Below are positions 23,340-37,100 of a stretch of DNA of 64,000 nucleotides, piece after piece. The notes beneath the pieces are model-generated. The model did no database searches and was not told where the DNA came from. It was given only the letters and a program-made list of their open reading frames with translations. Origin of the DNA: Bispira polyomma. Its lineage: Eukaryota. Made by a program: the position numbers and the translations under genes. The stretch spans positions 31,682,001 to 31,746,000 of the forward strand of contig OZ287758.1 in assembly GCA_965649765.1 (NCBI GenBank), in the 5' to 3' direction. The first letter of the stretch is position 1. Every line of letters begins with the position of its first letter.

Positions 23340-24207
23340 AGAAACCTGTTGTGACAGTGTGCCAAGGTTAACTAAGAAACACTAAGTCTGTTTAATGATC
23401 ATTGAGTGGCGTTAGCCCAGTTGAGCCTGCCTTCTTCCAACTCCTGCATGCTATGTCCCCATGCAGTTCTGACAGTGGGCCAAGGGAGAGCGTTGGCGTC
23501 TCTAAATGCATATATCATCTAATGTAGCATACATTTCATGGTAGTAATATCAGATACCTGAGCAATATTAGATAGCTGTCCGGCTGCCCACTGGGGCATG
23601 GAGAGTTCATCGAACTGTGGTCGTTTCCGGGCTGTACCCTCCTGTACCCTCCTCGCCCACCTAGCATGGGGTTCAGTAAGGCAAATGTCAGTGGAATTAA
23701 ATCGACCTGATTTCTGCCTGGTGGGGGGGGGGGGGGGGGGGGGGGCTTACCTTGGGAGAGATCTTGCTGGTAGCGTTGGTCATCAGCTGCAAGACGCAAG
23801 TTGACGTCGGCGCTGACTTCTGGGATACTTCTTAACACATCTACCCTCGGGACAATGCCGCCTCGCGTGTAGTCGTCACTGGCCTGCATCTGACATGTAG
23901 CTTGTCCCTGAATGGGCAGAGTGTTGGCAAGTCCAACAGGTGGCTGTGGACGTAGATCCGGACATCAGAGGTCCACCATGCTATCGTTGTGACGAGTGTT
24001 ATGGGGCAAACCCAACGAGGTAGAGTTTCTGGACGTCTCAACGCAATCCAATCTTCTGTGTATCTCGGCGTTGGCGGACTCCAGCCTTTGGAGTATGGCC
24101 ATCATAGCAGTATTGTCTAGTACAACGTTCTCGGAAGGAACATATTTACTGGCCTCGGACAGAGGGACTGTAAGGTTTCGGACGACCGGATAAGATACTT
24201 TACCCAT
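23340..24207 (-). pseudogene. gag-like ORF1 of the Ngaro element (fragmented)
   Basis: ORF pieces between A1 and RT (ILQRLESANAEIHRRLD; IVPRVDVLRSIPEVSADVNLRLA). Position typical of DIRS/Ngaro gag. Confidence 0.6.
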
Positions 24208-24707
24208 TTTGGTTGACTTGGTCTTGGCTGGAGCGCTACCCGGCGTTTTCTACCGGCAGTCCGTTACATAATAATATAATAGTGGTATGAACGAGCGTGT
24301 ACTAAAAACAAATAAACAATAAAATCAATAAAAACGCCAGCATGAGTTCACAATTATTAATGTTTTTTTAAAATTTCTGATTTGATGTTTACACTTGAAC
24401 ACTTGGGTGGAAAATGATGCCTGAGCAGGGGCCAAAAACAGAAAATCATGAAGCATGTGCAGTGTGATTGGTTCATAGCTAATGAGGGATGGACAGAATG
24501 GGTAACAAGAATAGTCCTCTTAAAAAATGAAAAGGAAGGGGGTTAGGAACTGAGACAGCAGTCCCCCTAAAGGGGTCGTGCTAGTAAAACCTTGTGATAT
24601 TATACTTTTTTGAAGGATAACTACCTTTCACTTTTAATGAAGCCTATATTTCTTTGACTTTATTTCTTTGAAATGTCAAACTGCTCAATATGATCCTTTA
24701 CTCTTAG

Positions 24708-27700
24708 TTTTAGCTTCTTTTTAAGTAAGCAGGTACATAGTGAAATCAATTATTGTTAGTCACCATAATAAAAATCAAGTCATAAAAGTAAAAGTTTTTG
24801 TATTCTGTTACCTCATTATGTAATTATGATCTTTCAATTTGTCTATTACCTTTGCATTTGATGTTTCTCTATTAGACCAGGCAATTGTCTGCTACTTCCA
24901 TTCCAGCTAAAGCTATCACATCTGTCCGCTCCCTCTCACCATCAAATCAACGATGTAATCTTTTACTTCACTATGTTACTGGCACCTTTTATTTTGCACT
25001 GGATGTTTCAACCTAAAACCATGCAGTTGTCTATCACTTTCATTTACGCTGGCACAATAGATTTTCCCACATTCTATTAAATATGACCCATCCCTTTTAA
25101 CAGCAACTGATTGTTGCTTTTATTTGCAAAGCAGTATTGCACTATGTCACCTTATTATCTTACTGCCACCTTTTAATATGTCCATTGATCTTTGCACTGG
25201 ATGTTCCTCCCTGAGCCCATGCAGCTGTCTATCAGAGCTGTTCCCTCCCTTTAAACATCAAGTGACTGCATTGTTTGTTTTATTTGCAAACCAGTGCTGT
25301 ACTCTTTTACCTCAATATATTATAATATTATAAACGTAAGCTGCCAAAATGATAAATGGGGTATCTAGTTTGCAATGAAATTGGTTGGTTATTATTCAGC
25401 AAAACTTGAATCCTTCTTGTTAAGAATGTATTGGTCAGACGTTATGCAAAGGTAGAATTTCCACTTAATGTATGTGGCACACTATAACTGGCAGAAGTTC
25501 AATTGATATGATAACTTTAGTTTGAACATAGTGTATCCAAAGAAGAACAGATAAAAGTACTGTTCAGAAGTTTCTTTTGAATCCTAAGCCACATTGCTGT
25601 CTTGATACTTAAATTTACCCCCAATATATTTTTGAAGGATGTAGAGTCGTATTTGACAATATGGAGGTACGGATAGATTACATACCTAGTATGGGTTAAC
25701 TGGTTTGTTTTGCATCAGTTTAGGTCATGCTTAATAGGTGGGTATCAAGGGGTCTCACTCAGTACAGGGAAACAAATCCAACTCAGTCTCTCTCGTGTTC
25801 AGTGTTCATGGAGGATAAATGAAGGGGTCAAAACTTGATTTTACTAGGACAATTGAAAACATCACATAACCTTTCTCAATGTCTGACAATCTATATGCAG
25901 ATAATGCTCAACTATTTAGCATTCAGTGAAGATGATAAAAAGAATCAACCATCTGCCTTCGCAAAAGTACAAACTCCTTACTGGCTTTCAATTTGTCATT
26001 AAATCCAATACAAATATTACTTTTAGCTTTCAAGGTAGTGCAAGCTTAAAACACATGGGAAGTACTAACACTTATCAGCCTGGAACATTGGATAATACCC
26101 CCACCCAAAGTAAAAGTCCATTACAGAAAAGGAAAAACCCTCACGTCCAACATATGCTTTGAAACAAATAAAACCACCGGTTCCTGAGGCATGGCTTTTA
26201 GGAGGGATCTAAATTTATTGGCTAAAATACAACCCGTTTTCAATAATCCTCCTGGTCCTTGGAAGACTGTCATTATAAATCTTACAAGTCATCATCTATA
26301 ATGAATCACATAGGTATGTCATCATAAAGGAGCTGTAACTGCCTCTTTTAACAAACATGTTTGAAACGTCTACCACTCAGGCTATAGGATTGGTAAACTT
26401 TGACAGCATTCATAGCAATACCCATTGAATTATCATAGTTTAGGTGGGCGGGGGGGGGGGGGGGGAGTTTTCTAATGATTGATCTTTGCACCAACAAATT
26501 CCTAAGGCTCAAAACTGAAGACTTACTGGTACACTAATAAATTACACATTAATGAAGTCTGGTATAATCACACCATCATAATCTGCCCTGTTATGATCTT
26601 AGTAGAATTGTTGTATTGTATTATGTTGTTTCAACCAGCCTGATTGATGCAAGGCATCATTTAAAGTGCCACCACAAAATTAGTTAATCAATAGCGAAGT
26701 CCAAAAACATAACCAAGGTTGTAAGGAAGGATGTGGGGTGTACCAGGAGGGAACTAACGGTGGTACGTCAGTTTAAAGAGATAGATTTTAACCTTTTTCA
26801 TTGAACCAGAGTGTTTCAAAGTGATCTAAGCTCAACAGTAAGGCTATTCCATAACCTTTACAAAATAATTTTAGCTTCTTCTTCAGTAAGCAAGTACATA
26901 CTGAAATCAATTATTATTAGTTACCATAATCAAAATTGAGTCATAAAGATAAGAGTTTTCGTACTCTTACCCCCATTATGTAATTGTGATTTTTCAATTT
27001 GTCCACTAATCTTTGTACTAGATGTTCCTCCATAAAACCATGCAATTGTCTGCTACTTCCATTTCAGCTAAAGCTATCACATCTGCCCCCTCCGCTTCAA
27101 CATCAAAGCAGCGATGCACTCTTTTACTTCACTATGTTGCTGTCACCTTTTAGCTGGCCATTAACATTTGCAATGTATTTGTAAAGCAGTGCTGCAGTAT
27201 TTTCCTTCTCTATGTTATTGTCACCTTTTATTTTGCACTGGATGTTTCACCCTTAAACCAAGAAGTTGTCTGTCACTTTCATTTAGGCTGGTACAATAGA
27301 TTTGCCACATTCTATCCCATTTGACCCATCCCTTTCAACATCAATTGATTGAATTGTTTGTTTTATTTGAAAAGCAGTATTGCACTATTTCACCTTATTA
27401 TCTTACTACCCCCTTTTAATTTGTCCATTTGCACTGAATGTTCCTTCCTAAACCCAAAACTTAAATCCTTCTTGTTAAGAATGTATTTGTCAGACTTTAT
27501 GCAAGAAGTATATTTTTAACTTACTGTATGAGGCACACTAAAACTGGTAGACGTTTAATTGATTTGATAGCTTTCGTTTGAACATAGTGTATCTAAAGAA
27601 GAACAGATAAAAGTACTGTCACAGAAGTTTTTTTTTGAATCCTAAGCTGCATTTGCTGTCTTAATGACTTAAATTTACTCCAAATTAATTTCTGAAGGAT

Positions 27701-28855
27701 GTAAAGTCGTATTTGACAATGTGAAGTTGTGGATAGATTACATGCCAAGTATGGGTAAACTGGTTTGTTTTGCATCAGCTAAGGTCATGCTTAATAGGCG
27801 AGTATCAAGGGGTCTCACTCAGTACTGGAAAACAAATCCAACCCAATCTCTCTCGTATCCAGTGTTCATGAAGGATGAATGAAGGGGTCAAATTATGATT
27901 TTACTAGGACAATTAAAAGCATCACAAAAACTCATTCCCATTTTTATTTAGCATTCGGTGAAGATGATGAAAAGAAAGAACCATCTGCCTTCACAAAAAT
28001 ACAAAATCCTCACTGGCTTCCACTTTGTCATCAAATCCAATACAAATACTACTTTTAACTTTCAAGGTACTTAAAGGTAAAAACACATGGGAAGTGCTAA
28101 TGCATATCAACCTGGAACATTGGATAATTCCCCCACCCAAAGTAAAAGTCCATTACAGAAATGGAAAACCCCACGTCAAACACCTGCTAAAAGCATGACT
28201 TTTAGGAGGGGTCTAAATTTATTAGCAAAAATGCAAGCCATTTTTAATAATCTTCCTGGCACTTGGAAGACTGTTGTTATAAAATTCCGCAAGGTGTCAT
28301 CTACTATGAATCACCTAGGTATGTCATCATAAGGGAGCTGTAACTGCCTCTTTTAACAAACATGTTTCAAATATCTACCACTCAGGCTATATCATTGGCA
28401 ACCTTTGACATCATTCATAGCAATACACATTGCATTATCATAGTTTAGGGAGGATGAGTTTTCTAATGATTGATCTTTGCATCAACAAATTTCCAAAGGC
28501 ACAAAATTAATTTTGAGGTACAACGTCATGTAACTGAGGACTAATTGGTACACTATAATATATGCATTAATTAGGTCTGATATGATCACACCATCATAAT
28601 CTGCCCTGTTAAGATCTTAATAGAATTGTTGTATACAGCCTTATTGATGCGAGGCATCATTTAAAGTGCAACAACAAAATCAGTAAACTAATAGAGAAGT
28701 CCCAAAACATAGCCAAGTTTATAAGAAAGGATGTGGGATGTACAAAGAGGGAACTAACGGTGGTAGGTGAGTTTAAAGAGATAGATATTAAGCTTTTTCA
28801 TCGAACCAGAGTATTTCAAAGTGATCTAAGCTCAACAGTGAGACTATTCCATAAC
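24708..28855. repeat. Old ~2.1-kb tandem duplication (~24708-26853 and ~26868-28855), probably containing decayed LINE sequence
   Basis: Collinear, clearly diverged matches from TTTTAGCTTCTT..AGTAAGCA to AAAGTGATCTAAGCTCAACAGT..CTATTCCATAAC. Paralogous short ORFs MGSTNTYQPGTLDN and MGSANAYQPGTLDN. Confidence 0.9.
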
Positions 28856-29399
28856 ATAGGGAAGCAATAGAAAAGGCTCTAGATCCAGCCCTTTTGATAG
28901 GTTTACCAGAGGTAACAGAAGTCTATTTCCCCTTAAAAGGTTACTGAGGGTGTTTTTTATACAGGGTATTAAATGCAAAGCCACTAAACCAATTTTATGA
29001 AACAAAAAACTAGAACTGAAATTTATCTAATTTAATTCTGTCAGTATATACATATAAAATTCTTGAGGATGTTACAGAAAGTATACAAAATTATATTGCT
29101 GTCAAAACTGTTCTATATATATGTAGACAACTTTCATATCATTGATAAAGTGATAGTTTTCATGTCCACTGACAGTGATTTAAACAATATTTTAGTTGCA
29201 GAGGTCTTTGATATTTAACTGTACCACTCTGCATGTTATCTTCAAGTTAAATATGTACGTCTGATAGTTTTGATGATTATGAGGATTTGCATAAGTGATG
29301 GGTGTAAATATTACACTCCAGTTCATATAAGTTACTGTCAGAACATAGTGATGTTTTGATACACAACTTTAATATATACTAAGCTGTTAATATCGTCTC

Positions 29400-29525
29400 C
29401 ATGGTGCTGACCCATGCTTGTCTAACGGAAATGCAAATTGAATAAGGATACTGTCCTGCGCCTTAGAATCCCCTAAGTAGGAGAGATTAAGCGCTATAAA
29501 AGTTTGATTAGATTAGATTAGATTA
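29400..29525 (+). mobile_element. 3' end of an L2/CR1-type LINE with (TTAGA)n tail
   Basis: GCGCCTTAGAATCCCC..GGAGAGATTAAGCGCTATAAAAG plus TTAGA repeats. Same 3' terminus as the minus-strand LINE at ~31330-31450. Confidence 0.65.
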
Positions 29526-30383
29526 ATATCCTCTCAAATGACCACAATATATAAAATCGTTATGTTCTTTTGATTAAAGATTTAATACACCTCTCTTTTT
29601 ATCAATTGTCAAAAGAATAAAATTTTACTCAACATCTAGCTTATTTATCACTGTTTACCTAATTATTTGCACTCAGTACACCTATATGAATTGTCCTATG
29701 TTGTGACAGTGGTAAACTTCCTAGATTTACTTGTCTCTTGCATTGAACCTTGTTGGTATATTAATAAGGTTACTTTCCTGTTTTCAATATGTCTCTACCT
29801 ACCATGCTTGAGTATTTTCCCCACCAGGTTCTTTACATTACTGTATATTGTTTATCCCACAGGTTTGGATCATCCAAAGACAGTCCAACTCCATATACTG
29901 AGTCAAACATGTTGGCCTTTACAATAGTGTCTGTTGCCAGTGGATAAGGCTTCTGTAAGAAGATATCATATTTGCAGAATCAGGATTTCCAGCTACAATT
30001 CATTCATTGTGCAAATTTTAATGTGTACACAGTATTGTGTTACACAGTAGTAACAAAAGTCCTCAAAGGTGATGTGGTGCTTACAGTAAAGCTATATTTA
30101 GATAATGACTTAGTTTAATATTGAGCACTTGTCACAAACACAATGATATTAAAAAATTGTATTGTTTGAATATATTCATCATTACTCCCAGAATGGTTCT
30201 CAAATAAAAACATGTCGTCAAGCCTATAATTGATTGTGACCCTGATTGTCCCTGTTTTTACATTATAGATTTTTTTCACAACTGAGACATGCTTATAAGA
30301 GGTAAGATGCAACAATTTTATCACATTATAACTTGCATTAGACCTGTACGTAAGTGTCTTGTCTTTGTTGATTGAGGTTGGAA

Positions 30384-31099
30384 ATGATGATATATTGGTT
30401 GTTCTTCCTGCTGTGTGCCCTTAACCTATTGCTTGACACAGCTGGGCGGAATTGTCCAGGTAAGTATTACATAAGCATTGCATTTATGTGAATGGTATAT
30501 GGGTATTGATCATTCATGCTTTGAAATTTTATCTATTTTATTTGTTTTGATCTAGTATTTCATTTTTGAGAGATTCAAACTGTGACATCAATAAGATACT
30601 GTTTAAGCCCTAGCCTCACATCAATAAGATACTTTTTATTTGGAGAACAAAATATTACAAATTTAAACTTTCAGTAATGGTAAATCAAGTGATTGTGTAT
30701 GAATAAAGAATCAACTTTACCAAAAAATTAAAACATTCAGGATTTTAAAACTTTGGTGACTATACTGACTAGGCATGCACTATTAGTTGTCTATTCATCC
30801 TGAAAGGCACAACAAAGTAAAAATGTCACCCAAAGATAAATATGTACATGTATTTTCTTTATGGAGAAACATCCAGTGCAAAAGTTAATGCACAAATTGA
30901 AAGGTGATAGTAAGATAGTGAAGTAAAAAAGTGCATCACTGGTTTGCAAATAAAAAACAATTTGGTCACTTGATGTTGGAAGTTTGGGGATAAATTTTAT
31001 AGAATGTAGTAAAATGTAGTACTCTAGCTGAAATATAAGTGACAGACAACTGTATGTCTATATTGTGCAGGTTTTACAGTAATACATATTTTTTTTTTT

Positions 31100-31130
<31 letters not shown>

Positions 31131-34100
31131 GGACATTTTATTGTTTTTATAATATTTCAATAACAGTATACAAGGAATAAAGTGGCATAAATTACTATCA
31201 AAAACATACTTCCATAAGTAATTACATACACAAACATATTTCATAAAATTCTCTTACAAACAATAATAACTGTTATATTATGTTCAGTGAGTTCTATTCT
31301 TAAAATTTTGTCATTGTAATTTAACTTTTACAGCGCTTAATCTCCCCTTAACGAAGGGGACTCTAAGGCGCAACAACACAAAAGACAGTAATCTAATTTC
31401 CGATATCAAGGGACAGAAAAGGGTCAGCATCACAGAGTGCGCCTGGGGATAATTGAGACTAAGGTGGGTATGCTTTGGTATACAAGTGGGTTTTAAGCTG
31501 CTTTCTAAAACAGGCTAGTGAGGGGGAAGCACAAATCACATCAGGAAGAGCATTTCAAACAATGGGAGCATCAAAAGCAAAGCTGTGACCAAACTGTTTA
31601 ACCGACTTTAGAGTAAATGGGTGGAACTTTGGAATGACAAGGAAATTACTACCACTCTGACTATGTCTGGTCTTGTAGGAACTACTGTAAGTGGAAAGAT
31701 ATGGGGAAAATACTTTAAAAACCCACTGTGAAGAAACTTATAAACAAGTGTAGCTGTTTTAAATACTGAACGCTGTTCAACAGGGAGCCAATGCAATTTC
31801 TTAAGAACAAGAGTTATACTGGTGTATCGACTGGTGTTTGACACAATTCTAGCTGCACTATTTTGAATGCATTGTAATTTACGTAAATTAAACTTTAAGA
31901 GACTCCTGAATAGTGAATGCAGTAATCCAATCTACTACTGACAAAAACATTGGCCACAAGTATTGAAGCATCATAAGTGAAAAATTGCCTGACACGTCTG
32001 ACGTCCCAGAGTTGCACAAAACAACTTTTACAAACACTCTGAACGTGTTTAGAGAAAGAAAAGTCAGAGCCAAACCATACACCCATACATCACAGAATCA
32101 GCTGGGTTGAAAGGCTACCCAGGATGTCAACTGGAAACAATGATTTCAACTTATCCCTCTGTTATTTTGAGTCAAAGATTATAAACTCAGTCTTGCCGGG
32201 ATTAAGTCATTGATTCTTCTTTCAAAAAATTACCGAAATGAGAGTGAGAGACTTTTGTATTCTGTGTTTTGTGAATGTATATGTACCATTTGGCATATAG
32301 AATGACAAAGTTGATGGCACTCATTACTGTTTCTTTAGAACAAGGGATACCTAATAGAACTTCTAGAACAGTTAAGTCTAGCTTTATTTCAAATGCTTCG
32401 AATATCAATTCCTTTACCATCAACCAGAAAGGAGTTACCAAATTACAGTAATAAAAAAAATGCTCAACTGTGTCAATAGCTAGGTACTCTTCACAATACT
32501 AAGATCCACTTATATTCCGCAGGTAAATTTGAATTTGAATTTGGATATTTAACGTCCACTCTAGTACCTTATATTGGGACGGGTAACTCTGGAGGAAACA
32601 CTGCATACAGTCGGTCAAGGTTCTGCAGAGAAACCACAGTAAGGAACTACCACCTTTCCCACATAGGCATCGAGGGGATTCGAACTCACGCCGCCCAGAG
32701 GTGAGAGACCAGTGATTGTGAAGCGCAATGCTTGCTAACCACTAGGCCACCGCGGCCCCTTCCACAGGTAAAGATTATAATTGCAAAATACAATACTTTA
32801 TATTGAAAGCTTTGGAGTCTAGGTTCCTGACAAATAATTTTAGGTAAATTAATGTATGTAAAATAAATATACTTGACCAATCTAAGGACTCTAGGAAAGG
32901 TTAGTACTTAACCCTTCTTTTGGAATTGCACTTATTAAGGAGTTATAAAGTAAAGTGGGGACCTTACAACTAATTTTTTTAACTACTTCTTCCCTTGGAA
33001 TAATGTCAATATTTTCCACCCAGTTACTAATATTCGTAATTCCATGGAGTTGCAACATATTGCATTCTATGCTCAACGGTTAATTACTGACCAATATAAA
33101 CCAATTGTATTGTAGCTTTTCTTATAATATTTCTGAATAGGTTGGGTGTTTTACGGAATAAAACTGGTACCAGCAAAGGCCAACTTGTTTAAAAAAATCA
33201 TTTTCGGGGAAAAACTGTGAGAAATTTTGAAAATCTACTTTATGGAGGAATATATCAGGAGTTTTTACACCAAACATCTTGAAAGAAAGAAATTGCCACT
33301 CATTTGAACCATTCCCATTTGTATTATCGAGGAGACGTTTGATCCAAACAGCCTTTATTGCAGTTATTGTGTTGTTAAAATCGGTCATTTTTAGACCCCT
33401 ATATTGTGTATCATTTGCAACGCTTTTGTTTTTTACCTTTGGTCAATTATCTTCCCCCCAGAGAAAACTAAATAGTAATTTGTTTATTTCTTTTGTAAAC
33501 GATTGTGGCACATGTACCATACTACAGATATTCATAATAGTACTGACCAGATATTTATAATGTTCTGGACACTTTTAAGTTTAGGTTTTAAGTTTAGTTC
33601 ATAAATCTCAGTCGTTTTTGAAAGAAATCTAAGGTTTTGGAAGGAGCGGTTCTCAGTGGTTTTGTCAAAGTCTTGTCATCTACTGTTTTCGCACCAATTA
33701 AAATGATTTCAGTTTTAGTTTTATTGAGTTTTAGGCCTGAACAATGACAATTGTAATTTATGAAATACAAGATGTAGGGATTCTCGATCTTCAAGAAAGA
33801 GAGTTGTATCATCGGCTAGTTGGTTGATTCTATATTCTATTTTCTCAACTCTTATACCATGTATATTATTATTAGTTCTCAAATCAATTGCTAATATTTC
33901 AGCAACAATAAAAAATACTAATGCACTTAGGCAACAATCTTGCCTTATCCCACAATAAATTTTGAAAAATGATGAGGCTTTACCGTTGTTTGTTATGCAA
34001 CTTTATATATCTGTATATAGGGTTTTAACTAGAGATATGAATTTATTGCCGAAATTGAAGTTCTTAAGAAAGTTTATTTAAAAAAAAACAACTAACTAAT

Positions 34101-37100
34101 GGAGTTAAATGCTTTTTTAGTCTACCAGAACTAGCAGCATAAGGACTAGCAGATCAAAAGTATTACATTACTAAATTAAATCGCTTATAGTATGTATGTT
34201 TTCACCAATGAATCTCCTCTTTATATAACCGACCTGGTCAAAACTAATAAGTTTGGGCGAGATATTTTGTAAACATGAAGCATAATTTTTTTTTCAGGAT
34301 CTTATAATCTGTGTTAAGTACACTAATAGGTCTCCAGTTTTTTTTAGATCACATTAATCTTTATCTTTCTTTGGTACAAGGGTAATGACACCTCTTTTTT
34401 ATCAATTGATAACTGATTGTTTTCCAATGACCATTTAAAGCTGTTAAAGACAAAAAAATTAATTTTACTCCAAATCTTTGGATAAATCTAAGAAAAGACC
34501 ATCACAGCCATCAGATTTATTGCTGGAAAAATTTTGCAGGGCTTCACCACACTCTTCTATTGTTATATCTTTGTCGCAGAATATTTGATTCTCTGCTAAG
34601 AGTTATTCTGAGGAGTATGTCTTTAATTATATCTAACTCTTCTTTTGTTCTGAGGAGTATGTTTTTAATTATATCTAACTCTTCTTTTGTTATTAATGAT
34701 TGATTTGTATGATAAAGGTTTTCTCCCCCCCCCCCCCCTGAGATTTGATTTTTTTATCAGTACCTGAACGGCTGACGTCAGTTAAGGCTTTCAACCTCTT
34801 TTCTACCTCCTCTTGAATTTTGGCTTCAGCCGTAATGAGGGAATGTCTACTGTACTGCTACTAGAAGCATTAGCTTGTCATTAGCTTTAACATTGAATTG
34901 TCTCACAGTTTTTACCTTGGGCTTAGTGCCAGATCTACTTGTAGCTTCCTTGCATACTATTTTTTTGATTGATTTACTTTTGTCACTATGTTCACCTTGC
35001 TCCGGCACTTGTAGCCAGCCTCTGATGGCCTGCAGCTGCAAGAGTATCTGATTATTAACTACAGATTGAGAATTATCCTCTTTGGGAATCACAGCTTTAC
35101 GTTTCCAACTTTTGCCTTTGTCCGAATGTAATTTCGGATCAACTTTATCTTTAGGTATTTCAGTAAACACAGTCTTGCATTTAGTCTGGATTGTTTCCGA
35201 ATGTACTTTCGGATTTGGGCGAGTAAGCCCTTCAGGGGGAGATAACACAAAGGATTCCTCACTAATAGAACAGAGGTACCACATAATTGACCAAGGTCTA
35301 TATCACTACCGCTAGTATACTCATCTTCTGATGTGTTGTTTATATTGGAGACCTCAGCATCCGTGAATGGGTCCTTTAAGTCCTCCACTGCAGCCTCATC
35401 TTCTGAAGGGTTTTTGATAGCCTCTGTGCGTGGACGCCTCAATGAGTAAGAACTAACTGTTGTTTGCTTCCCTTTAGGCATGATAACACACTTTAACACA
35501 GAATATATAAGTAATGATCCAGTAAAAACGAACTTCCAAATATAAAAACACTAAAAATCTAAGATGGCTGACTCTGTGGGTTTTAAAACACTGCACACAT
35601 AGGTGCTGTCACTTCAGAGTCTTAATTAATAATGCCCTTTCAATGGCAATTAGGGAAAAAAGGCGGTAATTAGGAGACCAATGAAATGGCTTTATAATAG
35701 ACTAACCCACTGGTGGGGGGCCAGGAATGAACTTGATAGCACCTTAATGCTATCCCACAAAATATTTTTAGTTTTTCTTTCCTCTTTTGCCTTAAAAGAA
35801 GAATAAGATATTGTGACACCACATATTCTACATTTAACATAATTCCAGAATACTGTTTATTAGTAAATGTAGCACCTTCGTCAGTAAGCTCTTTCAGTTT
35901 AGCATTAATTTTCTGAATGTACATTCTGTCTTGTAATAGACTGACATTAAATTTATAGAAACCTCTACCTCTGACCCAATCTTGAGGATTCATTAATATT
36001 TACGTGTAGACTGTGATCGGATTTTATGCTCGGATATATAAAATATTTCATGTTTTGAAATTGTAATGCCTATGATATGAAAAACATGTCCAAACGTGAA
36101 TGAACCCAGCCACCTTTGCCTTATTTTGCAAAGTATACCTTTAAGTATCAGGATGTTGTACACGGTATATGTCGGATAGGTTAAAGTCATTCAAGATATT
36201 GTTTAACAGATCAGAATATTCTAAGGCTGCTCCAAAAGTACCACCCTTTTTATTTACTTTTGAACCCGTGTAGGCATTAAAGTCTCCTCCTAGAATGGTC
36301 TTTTTACCTATATACTGCAGTAAGTTTTTTCTTTTTAAGGTTAAGAATTGTTTCTGTTCTTCTAAATTGTTCTTTGTTGGGCATATGTATTAACAAGTAC
36401 TATATCAGTGGTATTAATTGATATATAAGGTAATAAACATCTGCCACTCTCATCAGTAATGTGGTCAGTAACTTTAGGATTGTAGTTGCTACGGATTAGG
36501 GTACATACACCACTAGCATTACTGGTGCTATGGCTGAACCATACATTAGAATTTTCAAAATTACTTTTTTCAGTTAACTTCTTTTTCATTACTAGAGAGG
36601 GGTTTTTGGAAAAAAGTTATACCTTTATAATTGTCTTCTAGCCATTGTATAACTGAGTGTCCTTTATGATAGTTATTCAATCCATTGGTGTTCAGGCTAA
36701 ATACCTTTAGGTTATTTTTATTAGCCATATTCATTCAAGAGAGTTTCGAAAAATGACTGTTTGAAAAAAAAATTCCTTAACACTGTTGTCAGGTTGCAAT
36801 TAACAATAATTTCACCATTGGAATGTGTTAAGTGATAAACTGTTACAATGTTTGAACTTTTAAGCAACAAAATAGTTTTTTCTATAAGTTAAGACATTTG
36901 CCATTACTTGAAACATGAAGTGTGGTAGTTAGCTTTGTTTTATTTAGATAAAGTCTCTTTTTTAATAAGTCCTAAACTAACACGGAAACAATTGCTTGAT
37001 GTTCCCATTCCAGACAAAAAGTACATATCAGGAAACTGTTTGAGTCAACAGTTACAGATATAGCCGTATTAAAGAGGCTATGACAACTAAAAGTACAGTT

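Larger units (their letters stand above)
19242..24587 (-). mobile_element. Full-length Ngaro-type (split direct repeat) tyrosine-recombinase retrotransposon, decayed
   Basis: Minus-strand order: A1 (24587-24363), gag, RT/RH, YR, B1 (20250-20103), A2 (20102-19879), spacer, B2 (19389-19242). The repeats match directly. Confidence 0.9.
31090..36730 (-). mobile_element. Tx1/L1-clade LINE ORF2 (APE endonuclease + RT), decayed, with nested insertions, in peroxidase intron 1
   Basis: Start ~36726 (..VFSLNTNGL), [64 protein letters not shown]. Poly(A) appears as a T-run at ~31089-31110. Confidence 0.85.

Noticed and set aside
32680-32759. tRNA gene
   Set aside because: A/B boxes are followed by a SINE body, a tandem tail and a TSD; it is a SINE head.
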